64,000 bases of DNA, taken from the NCBI GenBank assembly GCA_946221035.1, contig CAMIME010000001.1, positions 111,490-175,489 of the forward strand, read 5' to 3'. Shown piece by piece: positions 21,197 through 30,143 of this stretch (position 1 is its first letter; each line of letters starts with the position of its first letter). The notes beneath the pieces are model-generated. The model saw nothing but the letters and a program-made list of their open reading frames with translations. It was not told the origin of the DNA and did no database searches. Position numbers and translations under genes: made by a program. Source of the DNA: an uncultured Campylobacter sp. GTDB lineage: Bacteria > Actinomycetota > Actinomycetes > Mycobacteriales > Mycobacteriaceae.

Positions 21197-22747
21197 ATGC
21201 AGGCGTTCTTGCGCTTCACTCTCGCCGCAGCCTCGGGGTGGCTCGTGTACATGTCCTACGAGCCTCACGGGTTGTGGTGGGCGGCCATCGCGGGCATCGC
21301 GCTGTTCTACGCCGCGCTTGCACCGTGGCCCGCGAACGTGGCGAATGCCTTTGCCAAACCGGGCGCTCCGACCGCGTGGTTTGGCGCGCTCCTCGGTGCC
21401 ACCCAGGCCCTTTTCTGCTACCTCTACCTGCTGCCCTGGATCGGGTATTTCGTCGGGGCGATGCCGTACGTGGCGCTGTCCATCTTCCTGGCGCTCTACG
21501 GCATCGCGACCGGTGTCTTCGGTGTGTGGTGCGCCCGCTGGCGTTACGGTTTCCTTGCATTCCCGCTGATTTACCTCGCCGTGGAGGTGGCCCGCTCTTC
21601 CTTCCCGTTCGGGGGCTTTAGCTGGGTGCGCCTTGCCTGGGGCCAGGTTGCGGGACCGCTTGCGCCGCTTACAGCGTGGGGAGGGCCCACGTTGGTCACC
21701 CTCGCCACAGCCGCGGCGGGTGCGGGGTTCGCCGCACTTTTCGCTTCTCGACGGCCAACGGTGCGCACCGCCGCCGTCACCACCATCGCCCTGCCGCTGC
21801 TTCTCGGGCCGGTCGCCGGCCTGACCAGCGTGGATCAGCCTGACCGGACGACCGGGCAGGTGCGTGTCGCCGCCGTGCAAGGCAACGTGCCCCGCCTGGG
21901 TTTGGACTTCAACGCCCAGCGGCGCGCCGTGCTTGCGAACCACGTCAACGAGACCCTGCGGTTGGCCGATGAGGGGACGCGTCCGGACCTGGTGATCTGG
22001 CCGGAGAACGCGTCGGACGTGAACCCGTTCGAGGACGCGGATGCGGCTGCGCTTATCGGCGTGGCGGTGCGCGCAGTGGGTGCCCCGCTGCTCGTGGGGA
22101 CACTGACGCGTGACGAGGTCGGCGCCCGCAACACAATGCAGGTGTTCGACCCCGAGTCGGGTGCGGGGGACTACCACCACAAGCGCTATCTCCAGCCTTT
22201 TGGTGAGTACATGCCGATGCGCGACTTCTTCCGGAACTTCTCCGACATGGTGGACCTGGCCAGCAACTTCAAACCCGGTGACGGGCCTGGGGTCGTTCGC
22301 ATGGGCGACACCACCGTGGGCATCGCCACCTGCTACGAGGTCGGGGAGGACCCCGCGTACCGCATGGCGGTGCGAAACGGCGCACAGATTCTGGCCACAC
22401 CCACCAACAACGCCACGTTCGGGTTCACGGACATGACGTACCAGCAGCTGGCGATGAGCCGGATGCGCGCGATTGAGACGGACCGTGCTGTCGTGGTGGC
22501 AGCCACGTCCGGGGTGTCTGCGATTGTGCACCCCGACGGGTCGGTGTCTCAGCACACCGGCATTTTCGAGGCGGCCCACCTCGTGGAGGACCTGCCCGTC
22601 AAGGCTGGGCTCACCCCCGCGGTTCGCTTCGGCGACGCGCTGCAGCTGATCCTCGTCCTTGCCGGGGCCGCGTGCATGGCCCTGGCAGCCGTCTCTGCCC
22701 GCACTTCGCGGCGGGGGTATGCTGCACCAGAGGTAGACCACGCCTGA
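21197..22747 (+). CDS. lnt: Apolipoprotein N-acyltransferase Lnt (Ppm2-like)
   Basis: A multi-TM N-terminal region is followed by a C-N hydrolase domain (WPENASD...). It lies upstream of ppm1, as in corynebacteria. Confidence 0.8.
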   Translation: MQAFLRFTLAAASGWLVYMSYEPHGLWWAAIAGIALFYAALAPWPANVANAFAKPGAPTAWFGALLGATQALFCYLYLLPWIGYFVGAMPYVALSIFLALYGIATGVFGVWCARWRYGFLAFPLIYLAVEVARSSFPFGGFSWVRLAWGQVAGPLAPLTAWGGPTLVTLATAAAGAGFAALFASRRPTVRTAAVTTIALPLLLGPVAGLTSVDQPDRTTGQVRVAAVQGNVPRLGLDFNAQRRAVLANHVNETLRLADEGTRPDLVIWPENASDVNPFEDADAAALIGVAVRAVGAPLLVGTLTRDEVGARNTMQVFDPESGAGDYHHKRYLQPFGEYMPMRDFFRNFSDMVDLASNFKPGDGPGVVRMGDTTVGIATCYEVGEDPAYRMAVRNGAQILATPTNNATFGFTDMTYQQLAMSRMRAIETDRAVVVAATSGVSAIVHPDGSVSQHTGIFEAAHLVEDLPVKAGLTPAVRFGDALQLILVLAGAACMALAAVSARTSRRGYAAPEVDHA

Positions 22748-22791
22748 CCGCGCCCTTGTGCGGCCGGGCCACACAATGAGGAGCGAAGTAC

Positions 22792-23772
22792 GTGGCTAAC
22801 GAGACCCTGGTGATCATCCCCACCTACAACGAGGTGGAGAATCTGCCCCTGATCGTTGATCGGGTGCTGGCCGCCAACAGCGGTGTTGACGTTCTGGTGG
22901 TTGACGACAACTCACCGGATGGCACGGGGGCGAAAGCCGACGAGCTGGCTGCGCAAAACGATGCGGTGCACGTGCTGCACAGGCAGGGTAAAGAGGGCCT
23001 GCTGGCTGCTTATCGGGACGGGTTCAAGTGGGGCCTGGAGCGCGATTACCAGGTGCTGTGCCAGATGGACGCCGACGGTTCTCATGCGCCGGAGCAGCTG
23101 GGTCGTTTGCTGGGGGAGATCGACCGCGGCGCGGACCTTGTCATCGGCTCCCGCTATGTAGACGGCGGCGAGATGAAGAACTGGCCGAAGAGCCGGGAGA
23201 TGCTGTCGAAGCTTGGTAACCAGTACGTCTCTGTCGCGCTGGGCACCGAGGTCGCCGACATCACCGCCGGATACCGCGCGTTCCGTCGGGACGTGGTTGA
23301 GGCGGTTGATTGGGACTCGATGTCGCAGAAGGGCTACATCTTCCAGGTGCAGGTTGCGCACGAGGCGGAGAAGGCCGGCTTCGATGTCCGCGAGGTGCCC
23401 ATCACCTTCGAGGATCGGAAGCTGGGGGAGTCCAAGCTCGACGCCAGCTTCGCGCTCGCGTCCTTGGCAGAGGTGACGAAGTGGGGCGTGCGCGACGCGG
23501 CAAGCTTCGTGCGGGACGTAGCCAGCGAAACCGGCCGCCAGATCTCGCACTCCGTGGAGACGTCGAACCTGCCAAACATCGGCGCGCGCATCGAGGCTGC
23601 GCCGGAAAAGGCAGTGAACTTCATCAGCGAGCTCGTGCCACTGGTGAAGTACGAGATTGACAACGCAAATCTCGGGCGCTACTCCAACGCGCTTGCGCGC
23701 CGCGCGAACAACGCCTTGAACTTTGCCGGCGAAACCGTCCGGCAAGTTGGGCACATGGTGCGCCGGGGCTAG
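22792..23772 (+). CDS. ppm1: Polyprenol-monophosphomannose synthase Ppm1 (GT2) with a C-terminal extension
   Basis: A GT2/DPM1-like domain starts at a GTG with IIPTYNE and DDNSPDGT. An extra ~80 aa predicted-helical tail lies after the catalytic domain. Confidence 0.8.
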   Translation: MANETLVIIPTYNEVENLPLIVDRVLAANSGVDVLVVDDNSPDGTGAKADELAAQNDAVHVLHRQGKEGLLAAYRDGFKWGLERDYQVLCQMDADGSHAPEQLGRLLGEIDRGADLVIGSRYVDGGEMKNWPKSREMLSKLGNQYVSVALGTEVADITAGYRAFRRDVVEAVDWDSMSQKGYIFQVQVAHEAEKAGFDVREVPITFEDRKLGESKLDASFALASLAEVTKWGVRDAASFVRDVASETGRQISHSVETSNLPNIGARIEAAPEKAVNFISELVPLVKYEIDNANLGRYSNALARRANNALNFAGETVRQVGHMVRRG

Positions 23773-23796
23773 GCCCGCTTAGCCCGTAGACCCCGC

Positions 23797-24180
23797 TTAG
23801 TCTGCGGATTCCGCAGCTGCCTGCTGTTCCTTGGCAATGCGAGCGGCGGTGCGGCGGCGCTTGCGCAGCTGCTCGAGCCGCTCCTCCAACAGCACATCGA
23901 GCTCCTCAATCGTGCGGCGCTCCAGCAGCATGTCCCAGTGCGTCCGGGGGGGCTTTGTGGGCTTGGACTCAACGCCCTCGCCTTCCATGAGCGTGCCTAC
24001 CTGACCGTTCTTGCACATCCACTCTTCGGGGATTTCGGCGTCGTCCGCGAAAGGTACCTCGTACACCTCGCCGCTCGGGGTGCGGTACTTTGCCATCCGG
24101 CGCGGCGCGAGGTCGTGGTCGCGGTCCGTTTCGTAGCTCACAGCGCCCATGCGACTACCGCGCAACACACGATCAGCCAT
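23797..24180 (-). CDS. rbpA: RNA polymerase-binding protein RbpA
   Basis: Translation MADRVLRGSRMGAVSYETDRDHDLAPRR...PPRTHWDMLLERR is highly similar to actinobacterial RbpA. The start is the internal ATG at 24178-24180 of the longer ORF. Confidence 0.9.
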   Translation of the reverse strand: MADRVLRGSRMGAVSYETDRDHDLAPRRMAKYRTPSGEVYEVPFADDAEIPEEWMCKNGQVGTLMEGEGVESKPTKPPRTHWDMLLERRTIEELDVLLEERLEQLRKRRRTAARIAKEQQAAAESAD

Positions 24181-24318
24181 GCTGTCTCCATCCTTTTCGT
24201 AACATCGGTCCGTGACTGTTGGCCGAAGCAAGGCCAGACGTCTCATTATAACGATGCAGGGTAAGTATTTGTTCCCCAGCTCTACCCGTATTGCGACACG
24301 TGTATTAGACTCCGGTGA

Positions 24319-24666
24319 GTGACTATTAGACAACACCGTGCCGCAGGGCTTGAGGCGTCGTGCGCGTGGTGCGGGAAGCCGATAGAGCTGCACCGCGGGC
24401 GGGGGAGAAAACGCAAGTACTGTGGCCCGTCCTGTAAACAGCGCGCGTATGAGCAACGACAACTTCTCGCTGGTACCACCGTTGATGCGGACTCGGTGAT
24501 CCTGTCGCGTTCCCGTGTGGCGGAGATTCGGGATCAGCTCTTCGCACTCAGGTGCGCGGCCGAAGATGTGGCAACCGCTGCGGACGAGGGTGCACAGCCT
24601 TTGGAATTGCGGCGCCTGTGTGACGAATTAGTAGACTTGGCGCGTCGAATAGAAAAGCTGAGGTGA
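24319..24666 (+). CDS. Small CGNR-like zinc-ribbon protein with a C-terminal helical region
   Basis: A GTG start gives a translation with CAWCGKP...YCGPSCKQRAYEQRQ, a C-x2-C...C-x3-C cluster resembling the CGNR zinc-finger motif, with a predicted helix after it. It is divergent from rbpA. Confidence 0.45.
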   Translation: MTIRQHRAAGLEASCAWCGKPIELHRGRGRKRKYCGPSCKQRAYEQRQLLAGTTVDADSVILSRSRVAEIRDQLFALRCAAEDVATAADEGAQPLELRRLCDELVDLARRIEKLR

Positions 24667-24673
24667 CGCAGTA

Positions 24674-25375
24674 GTGGAGCGAGCCAACTCCAGAAAGCGA
24701 ACCGCGCTCATTGTCGCGGTGTCAATCTTCATCGTCATCGCGGTCGTGGTGGCCGCGATTCCGTTATTTATCCTGTTTAGGCAGGGTTCTGGGGTGAAAA
24801 CGCAGCCCGTGGACCACGCCAAGGTTTCACCGGCTTCCACGGGGCTCGACGGCCGCTGGGAGGTGACGAAGCGCCCAGGAGCGAACTTCACGTCGGCCGG
24901 GTTCACGTTCAACGAGGTCCTTCCGGGCGAGCGACGCAGCACATCCGCCTCCACCCAGGGTGTAACCGGCTACGCCGTGATTGAGGCAGGCACGCTGACC
25001 GCTGGCGAGATCACGGTAGACATGACGCACTTGACTTCCGATAGCGATGTGCGCGATGAGAACGTCCGGCGGAGGATTCTGAACACGGATCAATTCCCGG
25101 AAGCGACGTTTGTGGTGACAGAGCCCGTCGACCTTTCCGGGGTTCCGGATAACGGCACCGTGGGCCTGGTGCAGCTTCGTGGGGATATGACCATCCGCGG
25201 CGAGACGCGCAATGTCGTCGGAGACTTTGAGGTGGCGCGATCCGCCGACCGGCTCGTGGTCGGTGGAACCATTCCGATCAACCGGGAGGAGTTCGGGGTG
25301 AAGTCGCCCGAGCTGGTTGCGGCGAAGATCGCCGAGGACGGCGAAGTGAATGTGCGCCTGAATATGAAGCAGTAA
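24674..25375 (+). CDS. YceI-family (polyisoprenoid-binding) protein with an N-terminal TM anchor
   Basis: A GTG start and an N-terminal hydrophobic segment are followed by a YceI-like beta-barrel domain (DGRWEV...FNEVLPG...). Confidence 0.65.
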   Translation: MERANSRKRTALIVAVSIFIVIAVVVAAIPLFILFRQGSGVKTQPVDHAKVSPASTGLDGRWEVTKRPGANFTSAGFTFNEVLPGERRSTSASTQGVTGYAVIEAGTLTAGEITVDMTHLTSDSDVRDENVRRRILNTDQFPEATFVVTEPVDLSGVPDNGTVGLVQLRGDMTIRGETRNVVGDFEVARSADRLVVGGTIPINREEFGVKSPELVAAKIAEDGEVNVRLNMKQ

Positions 25376-25394
25376 ACCGTCACTTGACGCTAAC

Positions 25395-25420
25395 GGCCCG
25401 GGGTCATGGGACCCCGGGCC
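25395..25420. terminator. Perfect 11-bp stem / 4-nt loop hairpin between convergent genes (bidirectional terminator candidate)
   Basis: The sequence GGCCCGGGGTC-ATGG-GACCCCGGGCC lies between the yceI-like gene (+) and ufaA-like gene (-). Confidence 0.6.
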
Positions 25421-25521
25421 TTATCGCTTCTGGGGCGCATCTTAGCAGGCATGTCCGATAATGTACATTATGTCAAGTAGTTCGGCCGGGCCCGCCGGGT
25501 CCGTCGAGCCCGCACTCCCCA

Positions 25522-26859
25522 CTACCGACGACCGCGTCTGTGCCGCGGAACAATGACGGACTGTGTGAGGTCCAGCATGCCGAGCGTTGCAAGCGCCTCG
25601 CGCACCGCGAACTGCCAGACCCACATTCGGCGGAACACGACGTCGTACCCGTCAGCCGCGGCCTGGCTCATGTGGGTGTCGAACGTAGTGCGTTGCAGCC
25701 GCAGCGAGTGCACGAGGTGATCCGGCGCGGATGTTCGCGCTATGACACGCAGCTGGGTGTTGCGGTCAACTGCCGCGGCGATCCCCTCGACGGTCGGATA
25801 CTTCAGCGCCGGCCACACGTACACCCTGAGCGATTCCAGCGCCGCGTCCGCGGTTCGCGAGTACTTTTCCGTGCGTGTGAGGGTCTGGATAGCGATGCGC
25901 CCGGATGGCGCGAGCACTGATTCAGCGGCGCGCAGGAACGCCACCTGGTCGCGGTCCGACATCGTCTCCAACGACTCCGCAGAGACGATCGCGTCGTAAG
26001 CCCCACGCCGGGTTGCGGCCAGGCTGCGGGCCCACAATGCCTGGTCAGCGCCATCGAGTAGGTCTATCCGAACAGCCCCGGGTGCCCCGGCGAGCGCCAG
26101 GTACTCTCGCAGGTGCGTGCGTTTGGGGCCTAACTCGGTCACCGTGTCCACCGTTGCCCCCCGGGCCGCGGCCGCGAGCGACAACGCGCCGCCGCTGCTC
26201 GGCAGATCAAGCAGGTGGGTTCCTGCGCCCACGCGGGCGGCATCCAGCAGACGCTGGACGCTGCGAAGCTGCGCGTCACGCAGGTCCTCGCGGTGCGCCT
26301 CCACAGGTGCCCCGATTTCCGTCACATCGACGAAATGGCGCTTCGGCTCCCCTTTCCGGCCCGCACCCGGCGTCCTCGAGCGCGCGCTTATCCGCTGGGT
26401 CGTCTCCGCGCCCGAGGCGAAATGCCCCTGGAAAGCGCTCTCCCCATCCCCGGCGAAATGGGAGACGAGGTCGGGCGGCAGCTCACCGTGCGACCCGCCA
26501 ACACCTGCCTGGGCACCGACACCTCTCCTGGGCGCGATGCCCTCTGGGCGGTAGTTGTGGCCGATGAGGTTCACCAAGACGTCGACAAGCTTCTGCGAGC
26601 TCGTGGCGCGCCATTCCCCTGCCATAAACGCCTCGGCCAACCCGACCCACCCACGCTGCGCGAGACGAGCGAACATCGCTTCGTGCTCGACGACAAGTGC
26701 CGCTTCGGCGCCGGCCAGTTCGATGCCGGCACCGGAGCAAGCCCGTGCAAACCGGGTCTCCGCAAAACGCGCGCGACGTGCGATAGCGCGCCCATCGGGC
26801 ACGCTGGCAATGGCGGGCCACGCCGCCGTATCAATTGCCCGCAAGTGCGTATGCGTCAT
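25522..26859 (-). CDS. Cyclopropane-fatty-acyl-phospholipid synthase family SAM-dependent methyltransferase (UfaA-like)
   Basis: It has the CFA-synthase family architecture with a SAM-binding region, and lies adjacent and divergent to ndh as ufaA does in Corynebacterium glutamicum. Confidence 0.7.
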   Translation of the reverse strand: MTHTHLRAIDTAAWPAIASVPDGRAIARRARFAETRFARACSGAGIELAGAEAALVVEHEAMFARLAQRGWVGLAEAFMAGEWRATSSQKLVDVLVNLIGHNYRPEGIAPRRGVGAQAGVGGSHGELPPDLVSHFAGDGESAFQGHFASGAETTQRISARSRTPGAGRKGEPKRHFVDVTEIGAPVEAHREDLRDAQLRSVQRLLDAARVGAGTHLLDLPSSGGALSLAAAARGATVDTVTELGPKRTHLREYLALAGAPGAVRIDLLDGADQALWARSLAATRRGAYDAIVSAESLETMSDRDQVAFLRAAESVLAPSGRIAIQTLTRTEKYSRTADAALESLRVYVWPALKYPTVEGIAAAVDRNTQLRVIARTSAPDHLVHSLRLQRTTFDTHMSQAAADGYDVVFRRMWVWQFAVREALATLGMLDLTQSVIVPRHRRGRR

Positions 26860-27020
26860 CCCGGCAATGCTACCGCCGGGCCGTGAGGGCTCGACCGCAC
26901 GACATGCCTCGTGCGCGAGCCCACGAGATGCGGAGGGGCCGGATGTCGCAGAGGGGCGTACTATGTAGCACGTTCAAGAAACGACCCTTTCAAGCATGGA
27001 AATTCGAGGAGCTTTCATTC

Positions 27021-28412
27021 ATGGCTGAACAGGCTATCCGTCCCGCGGGCAACCGCCACCACGTCGTCATTGTCGGCGGTGGTTTCGCTGGTGTGAACGC
27101 CGCGCAGGAGCTGGCTGACGCAGACGTTGACATCACCTTGATCAACCGCACCAACCACCACCTCTTCCCGCCCCTGCTCTACCAGGTGGCAACCGGCCTG
27201 ATGTCCTCCGGTGAAATCACCGGGGACCTGCGCCAGATGTTTGCGAAGCAGGACAACATTCGCATCGTGCGCGGCGCAGTCGAGTCCGTGGACGTTGAGG
27301 CGAAGACCGTCACCTCGCGTGAGGGTGACCGCGAGTCGGTGTTCTCCTACGACTCCCTGATTATCGCGGCTGGCGCTGGCCAGTCCTACTTCGGCAATGA
27401 CCAGTTCGCCGAGTTTGCGCCGGGTCTGAAGACGCTGGACCACGCGTTTGAGATCCGCGCCCGACTCATTGCAGCGTTCGAGCGCGCCGAACTCGCGGAG
27501 ACCCCTGAGGAGCGCGCTGAGGCGCTGACCTTCGTCATCGTTGGCGCTGGCCCGACCGGTGTGGAGCTCGCGGGCCAGGTGGCGGAGATGGCGCACCGCG
27601 CATTCTCCAAGGGCCGCTACTCCTTCAGCCCGGAGCAGGCGAAGATCTACCTCATCGACGGTATGCCGCAGGTGCTGCCCCCGTTTGGCAAGCGCCTGGG
27701 CAAGAAGGCGCAGCGTGAGCTCGAGCGCTCCGGCGTCACCGTCATCCTCAACGCGATGGTCACCAACGTCGATGCGGAGTCCGTGACCTACAAGGACACG
27801 AAGACGGACCAGGAGACCACGATCAAGACCGCGACCAAGATCTGGTCGGCTGGTGTGGAGGCCTCCCCGATTGGTAAGCAGGTCGCGGAGCAGCTTGGCG
27901 TCGAGGCCGAGCGCAACGGCAAGGTCCCGGTGAACGCGGATCTGACCGTGGGCGACGACCACAACGTGTTCATCGTGGGCGACATGATGAGCCGCGACCG
28001 CCTCCCGGGCGTGGCCCAGGTCGCGATCCAGTCCGGTGCGTACGTTGGCAAGATCATCAAAGAGCAGGTCGAGCACGACGTTGCTCCGGAGAACCGCGAT
28101 GCCTTCAGCTACTTTGACAAGGGCTCCATGGCCATCATCAACCGCTTCAACGGTGTGGTGAAGATGGGCAAGGTCGAGATCTCTGGATTCATCGGCTGGC
28201 TCATGTGGCTCGCAGTCCACGCGTCCTTCCTCACTGGCACCCGCAACCGCCTCGTCGCGCTCGTGGAATGGTCCATCAACGCGTGGTCGCGCCAGCGCCA
28301 CAACCTCGCCGTGACCAACACGCAGCTCTATGGCCGCAATGGCGTGCGCAAGATCCGCGACGACGAGAACTACGCGGACTCCGTGGAGGCTCGCGAGTCC
28401 GACAGCGAGTAA
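27021..28412 (+). CDS. ndh: Type II NADH:quinone oxidoreductase Ndh
   Basis: The start ATG at 27021 begins MAEQAIRPAGNRHHVVIVGGGFAGV, and a second Rossmann motif FVIVGAGPTGVE follows. The C-terminus is amphipathic. Confidence 0.9.
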   Translation: MAEQAIRPAGNRHHVVIVGGGFAGVNAAQELADADVDITLINRTNHHLFPPLLYQVATGLMSSGEITGDLRQMFAKQDNIRIVRGAVESVDVEAKTVTSREGDRESVFSYDSLIIAAGAGQSYFGNDQFAEFAPGLKTLDHAFEIRARLIAAFERAELAETPEERAEALTFVIVGAGPTGVELAGQVAEMAHRAFSKGRYSFSPEQAKIYLIDGMPQVLPPFGKRLGKKAQRELERSGVTVILNAMVTNVDAESVTYKDTKTDQETTIKTATKIWSAGVEASPIGKQVAEQLGVEAERNGKVPVNADLTVGDDHNVFIVGDMMSRDRLPGVAQVAIQSGAYVGKIIKEQVEHDVAPENRDAFSYFDKGSMAIINRFNGVVKMGKVEISGFIGWLMWLAVHASFLTGTRNRLVALVEWSINAWSRQRHNLAVTNTQLYGRNGVRKIRDDENYADSVEARESDSE

Positions 28413-28435
28413 TACTCCCCCGCTGATTCAATCTC

Positions 28436-28472
28436 CAGCACCCGGGCAGCTTGGCCCGGGTGCTGTTTTATT
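28436..28472 (+). terminator. Rho-independent terminator after ndh
   Basis: A 12-bp stem CAGCACCCGGGC/GCCCGGGTGCTG with a 6-nt loop is followed by TTTTATTT. Confidence 0.7.
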
Positions 28473-28567
28473 TACCCCCGTTCGACATTGCTCGGCGAGC
28501 GCGTAATATTCCCGCTTTGGGGCCGCACGTCGCTGGCCCCTCGCTCATGATGAAAGGGGGCTCGCAG

Positions 28568-29644
28568 ATGCCATCGCGTTTTACAATCCCAGGTCAGCGC
28601 CCGAAACGAGACGTTGCCCCAGTACGCGAGACTGCGTTACCTGTGCCAATTGAGCGGTCGATTGATTTTTGCCGCGTCTTCGTCGACGGCAAGCGCCAGC
28701 CCGGCAACGTACGCGTGACTCACGCCCTGGATGTTGTCGAGCGCGATGAGAACGCGTTCGTCTGGCTTTCTCTGCGTGAACCGACCAACGCGCAAATGGA
28801 GAAAATCGCCGAGATCTTCGACATCGAGGACCTGGTGGTCGACGACGTCGTCGATGCGCACCAACGGCCGAAGATCGAGCGCCACGATGAGCAGCTGTTC
28901 ATGGTTGTGCGCTCGGTTAACTACCGTGACGACGAAGAGGTCAGCGACGCCCGCGAAATCATTTCCACCGGTGAGGTGCAGATGGTTATCGGGCCGCAGT
29001 TCGCGATCACCATTCGCCACAATTCGCGCCTGCCGGATCTCACCGCGAAGATCGAGGAGGAAGAGGAGCTGGCAATCCTCGGGCCTACATCCGTTGCGTG
29101 GGCCGTCTCCGACTATCTGGTGGACAACTACCTGCACGTCACCCAGCTGCTGGAGCAGGACGTGGATGAGCTGGAAAACGAGGTGTTCACACCGCGTCAC
29201 ACCATTAACATTGACAAGATTTACAGCTACAAGCGTGAGATTTTGGAGATGCGCCACGCGATCGACCCCCTTGCCCCCGCGCTGCGCAACGGCCTGACCA
29301 ACAACAAGGACGTGCTGCGCAAGGCGCTGCGCACCTACTTCCGCGACGTGCAGGACAATGCCACGATCGTTTCGGACAGGTTGTCGGGCTTCGACGAGCG
29401 ACTCACCTCGCTTCTCGACGCCTCCGTGGCCAAGGTGACCCTCCAGCAAAACTCCGATATGCGCACCATCTCCGCGGTTGTCGGTATGGCGGCAGCGCCG
29501 ACGATGATCGCGGGTGTCTACGGGATGAACTTTGAGGACATGCCGGAATTAGGTTGGAAGTGGGGCTATCCCGCGGTGCTGATCGTCATGTTTGCCACAA
29601 TGGCGCTGATGTTCTGGTGGTTCCGCCGAAACCACTGGCTTTAG
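28568..29644 (+). CDS. corA: Magnesium/cobalt transporter CorA
   Basis: It has a C-terminal GMN motif (YGMNFEDMPE) plus two TM helices. The start is placed at the ATG at 28568, preceded by AAAGGGGG, because the longer ORF starting at 28451 would overlap the ndh terminator. Confidence 0.8.
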   Translation: MPSRFTIPGQRPKRDVAPVRETALPVPIERSIDFCRVFVDGKRQPGNVRVTHALDVVERDENAFVWLSLREPTNAQMEKIAEIFDIEDLVVDDVVDAHQRPKIERHDEQLFMVVRSVNYRDDEEVSDAREIISTGEVQMVIGPQFAITIRHNSRLPDLTAKIEEEEELAILGPTSVAWAVSDYLVDNYLHVTQLLEQDVDELENEVFTPRHTINIDKIYSYKREILEMRHAIDPLAPALRNGLTNNKDVLRKALRTYFRDVQDNATIVSDRLSGFDERLTSLLDASVAKVTLQQNSDMRTISAVVGMAAAPTMIAGVYGMNFEDMPELGWKWGYPAVLIVMFATMALMFWWFRRNHWL

Positions 29645-30081
29645 AGAATCATCAGCTTCAGATGCGTTAAGGCGGCGAGCTTGCCGTCCTGCCCGCCAGT
29701 GCGCATCTCCACCCGCCACAGGTGCGTGCGCGAACCCACGTGAATCGGGGTCGCACGTGCCCAAATGCGTTCGCCGGCGCGCACGCTGGCAATCAGGTCT
29801 GTCGAGTTGCTCATCCCCACCGCCGGCTTGGCAGCGGCGGCGATCGCAGCGAGGGAGCCCAGCGTCTCCCCTATCGCGCAGAAAGTCCCGCCGTTGACAA
29901 TCCCCGCGATTTGGAGGTGGCGCTCGTCCGCATCCAGGTAGCCCTCCACCAGATCATGGGCACAATGCGTGACGACGATACCTACGGTCGCAGCCAACCC
30001 GGTGTTGTGCTCGTTGAGGTACGCGAGTTCATCCTCATCCATCGGTGTTGCGATCACTTCGCGCAGCAGCCTGGTTTCCAT
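29641..30081 (-). CDS. PaaI-family hotdog-fold thioesterase
   Basis: A hotdog-fold thioesterase sequence of about 146 aa. Confidence 0.65.
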   Translation of the reverse strand: METRLLREVIATPMDEDELAYLNEHNTGLAATVGIVVTHCAHDLVEGYLDADERHLQIAGIVNGGTFCAIGETLGSLAAIAAAAKPAVGMSNSTDLIASVRAGERIWARATPIHVGSRTHLWRVEMRTGGQDGKLAALTHLKLMIL

Positions 30082-30143
30082 GCCTGCTGATGCTATTCGC
30101 TGTGTCGGGTCGCTGTGTCGGGTGCCCGCGTAAGCTTGCGGGC

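Noticed and set aside
21161-22774. 537-aa minus-strand ORF
   Set aside because: It is antisense to lnt, which has a clear C-N hydrolase domain. This is a GC-driven open frame.
23773-23800. Short direct repeat CCCGCTTAG x2 between the ppm1 and rbpA stops
   Set aside because: It is too short and sits in a convergent 3' region. It is probably a chance occurrence or part of a weak terminator.
27015-28301. 428-aa minus-strand ORF
   Set aside because: It is antisense to ndh, which is unambiguous.
28451-28567. Longer CorA N-terminus from the ORF start at 28451
   Set aside because: It would begin inside the ndh Rho-independent terminator hairpin. The ATG at 28568 has a strong RBS.
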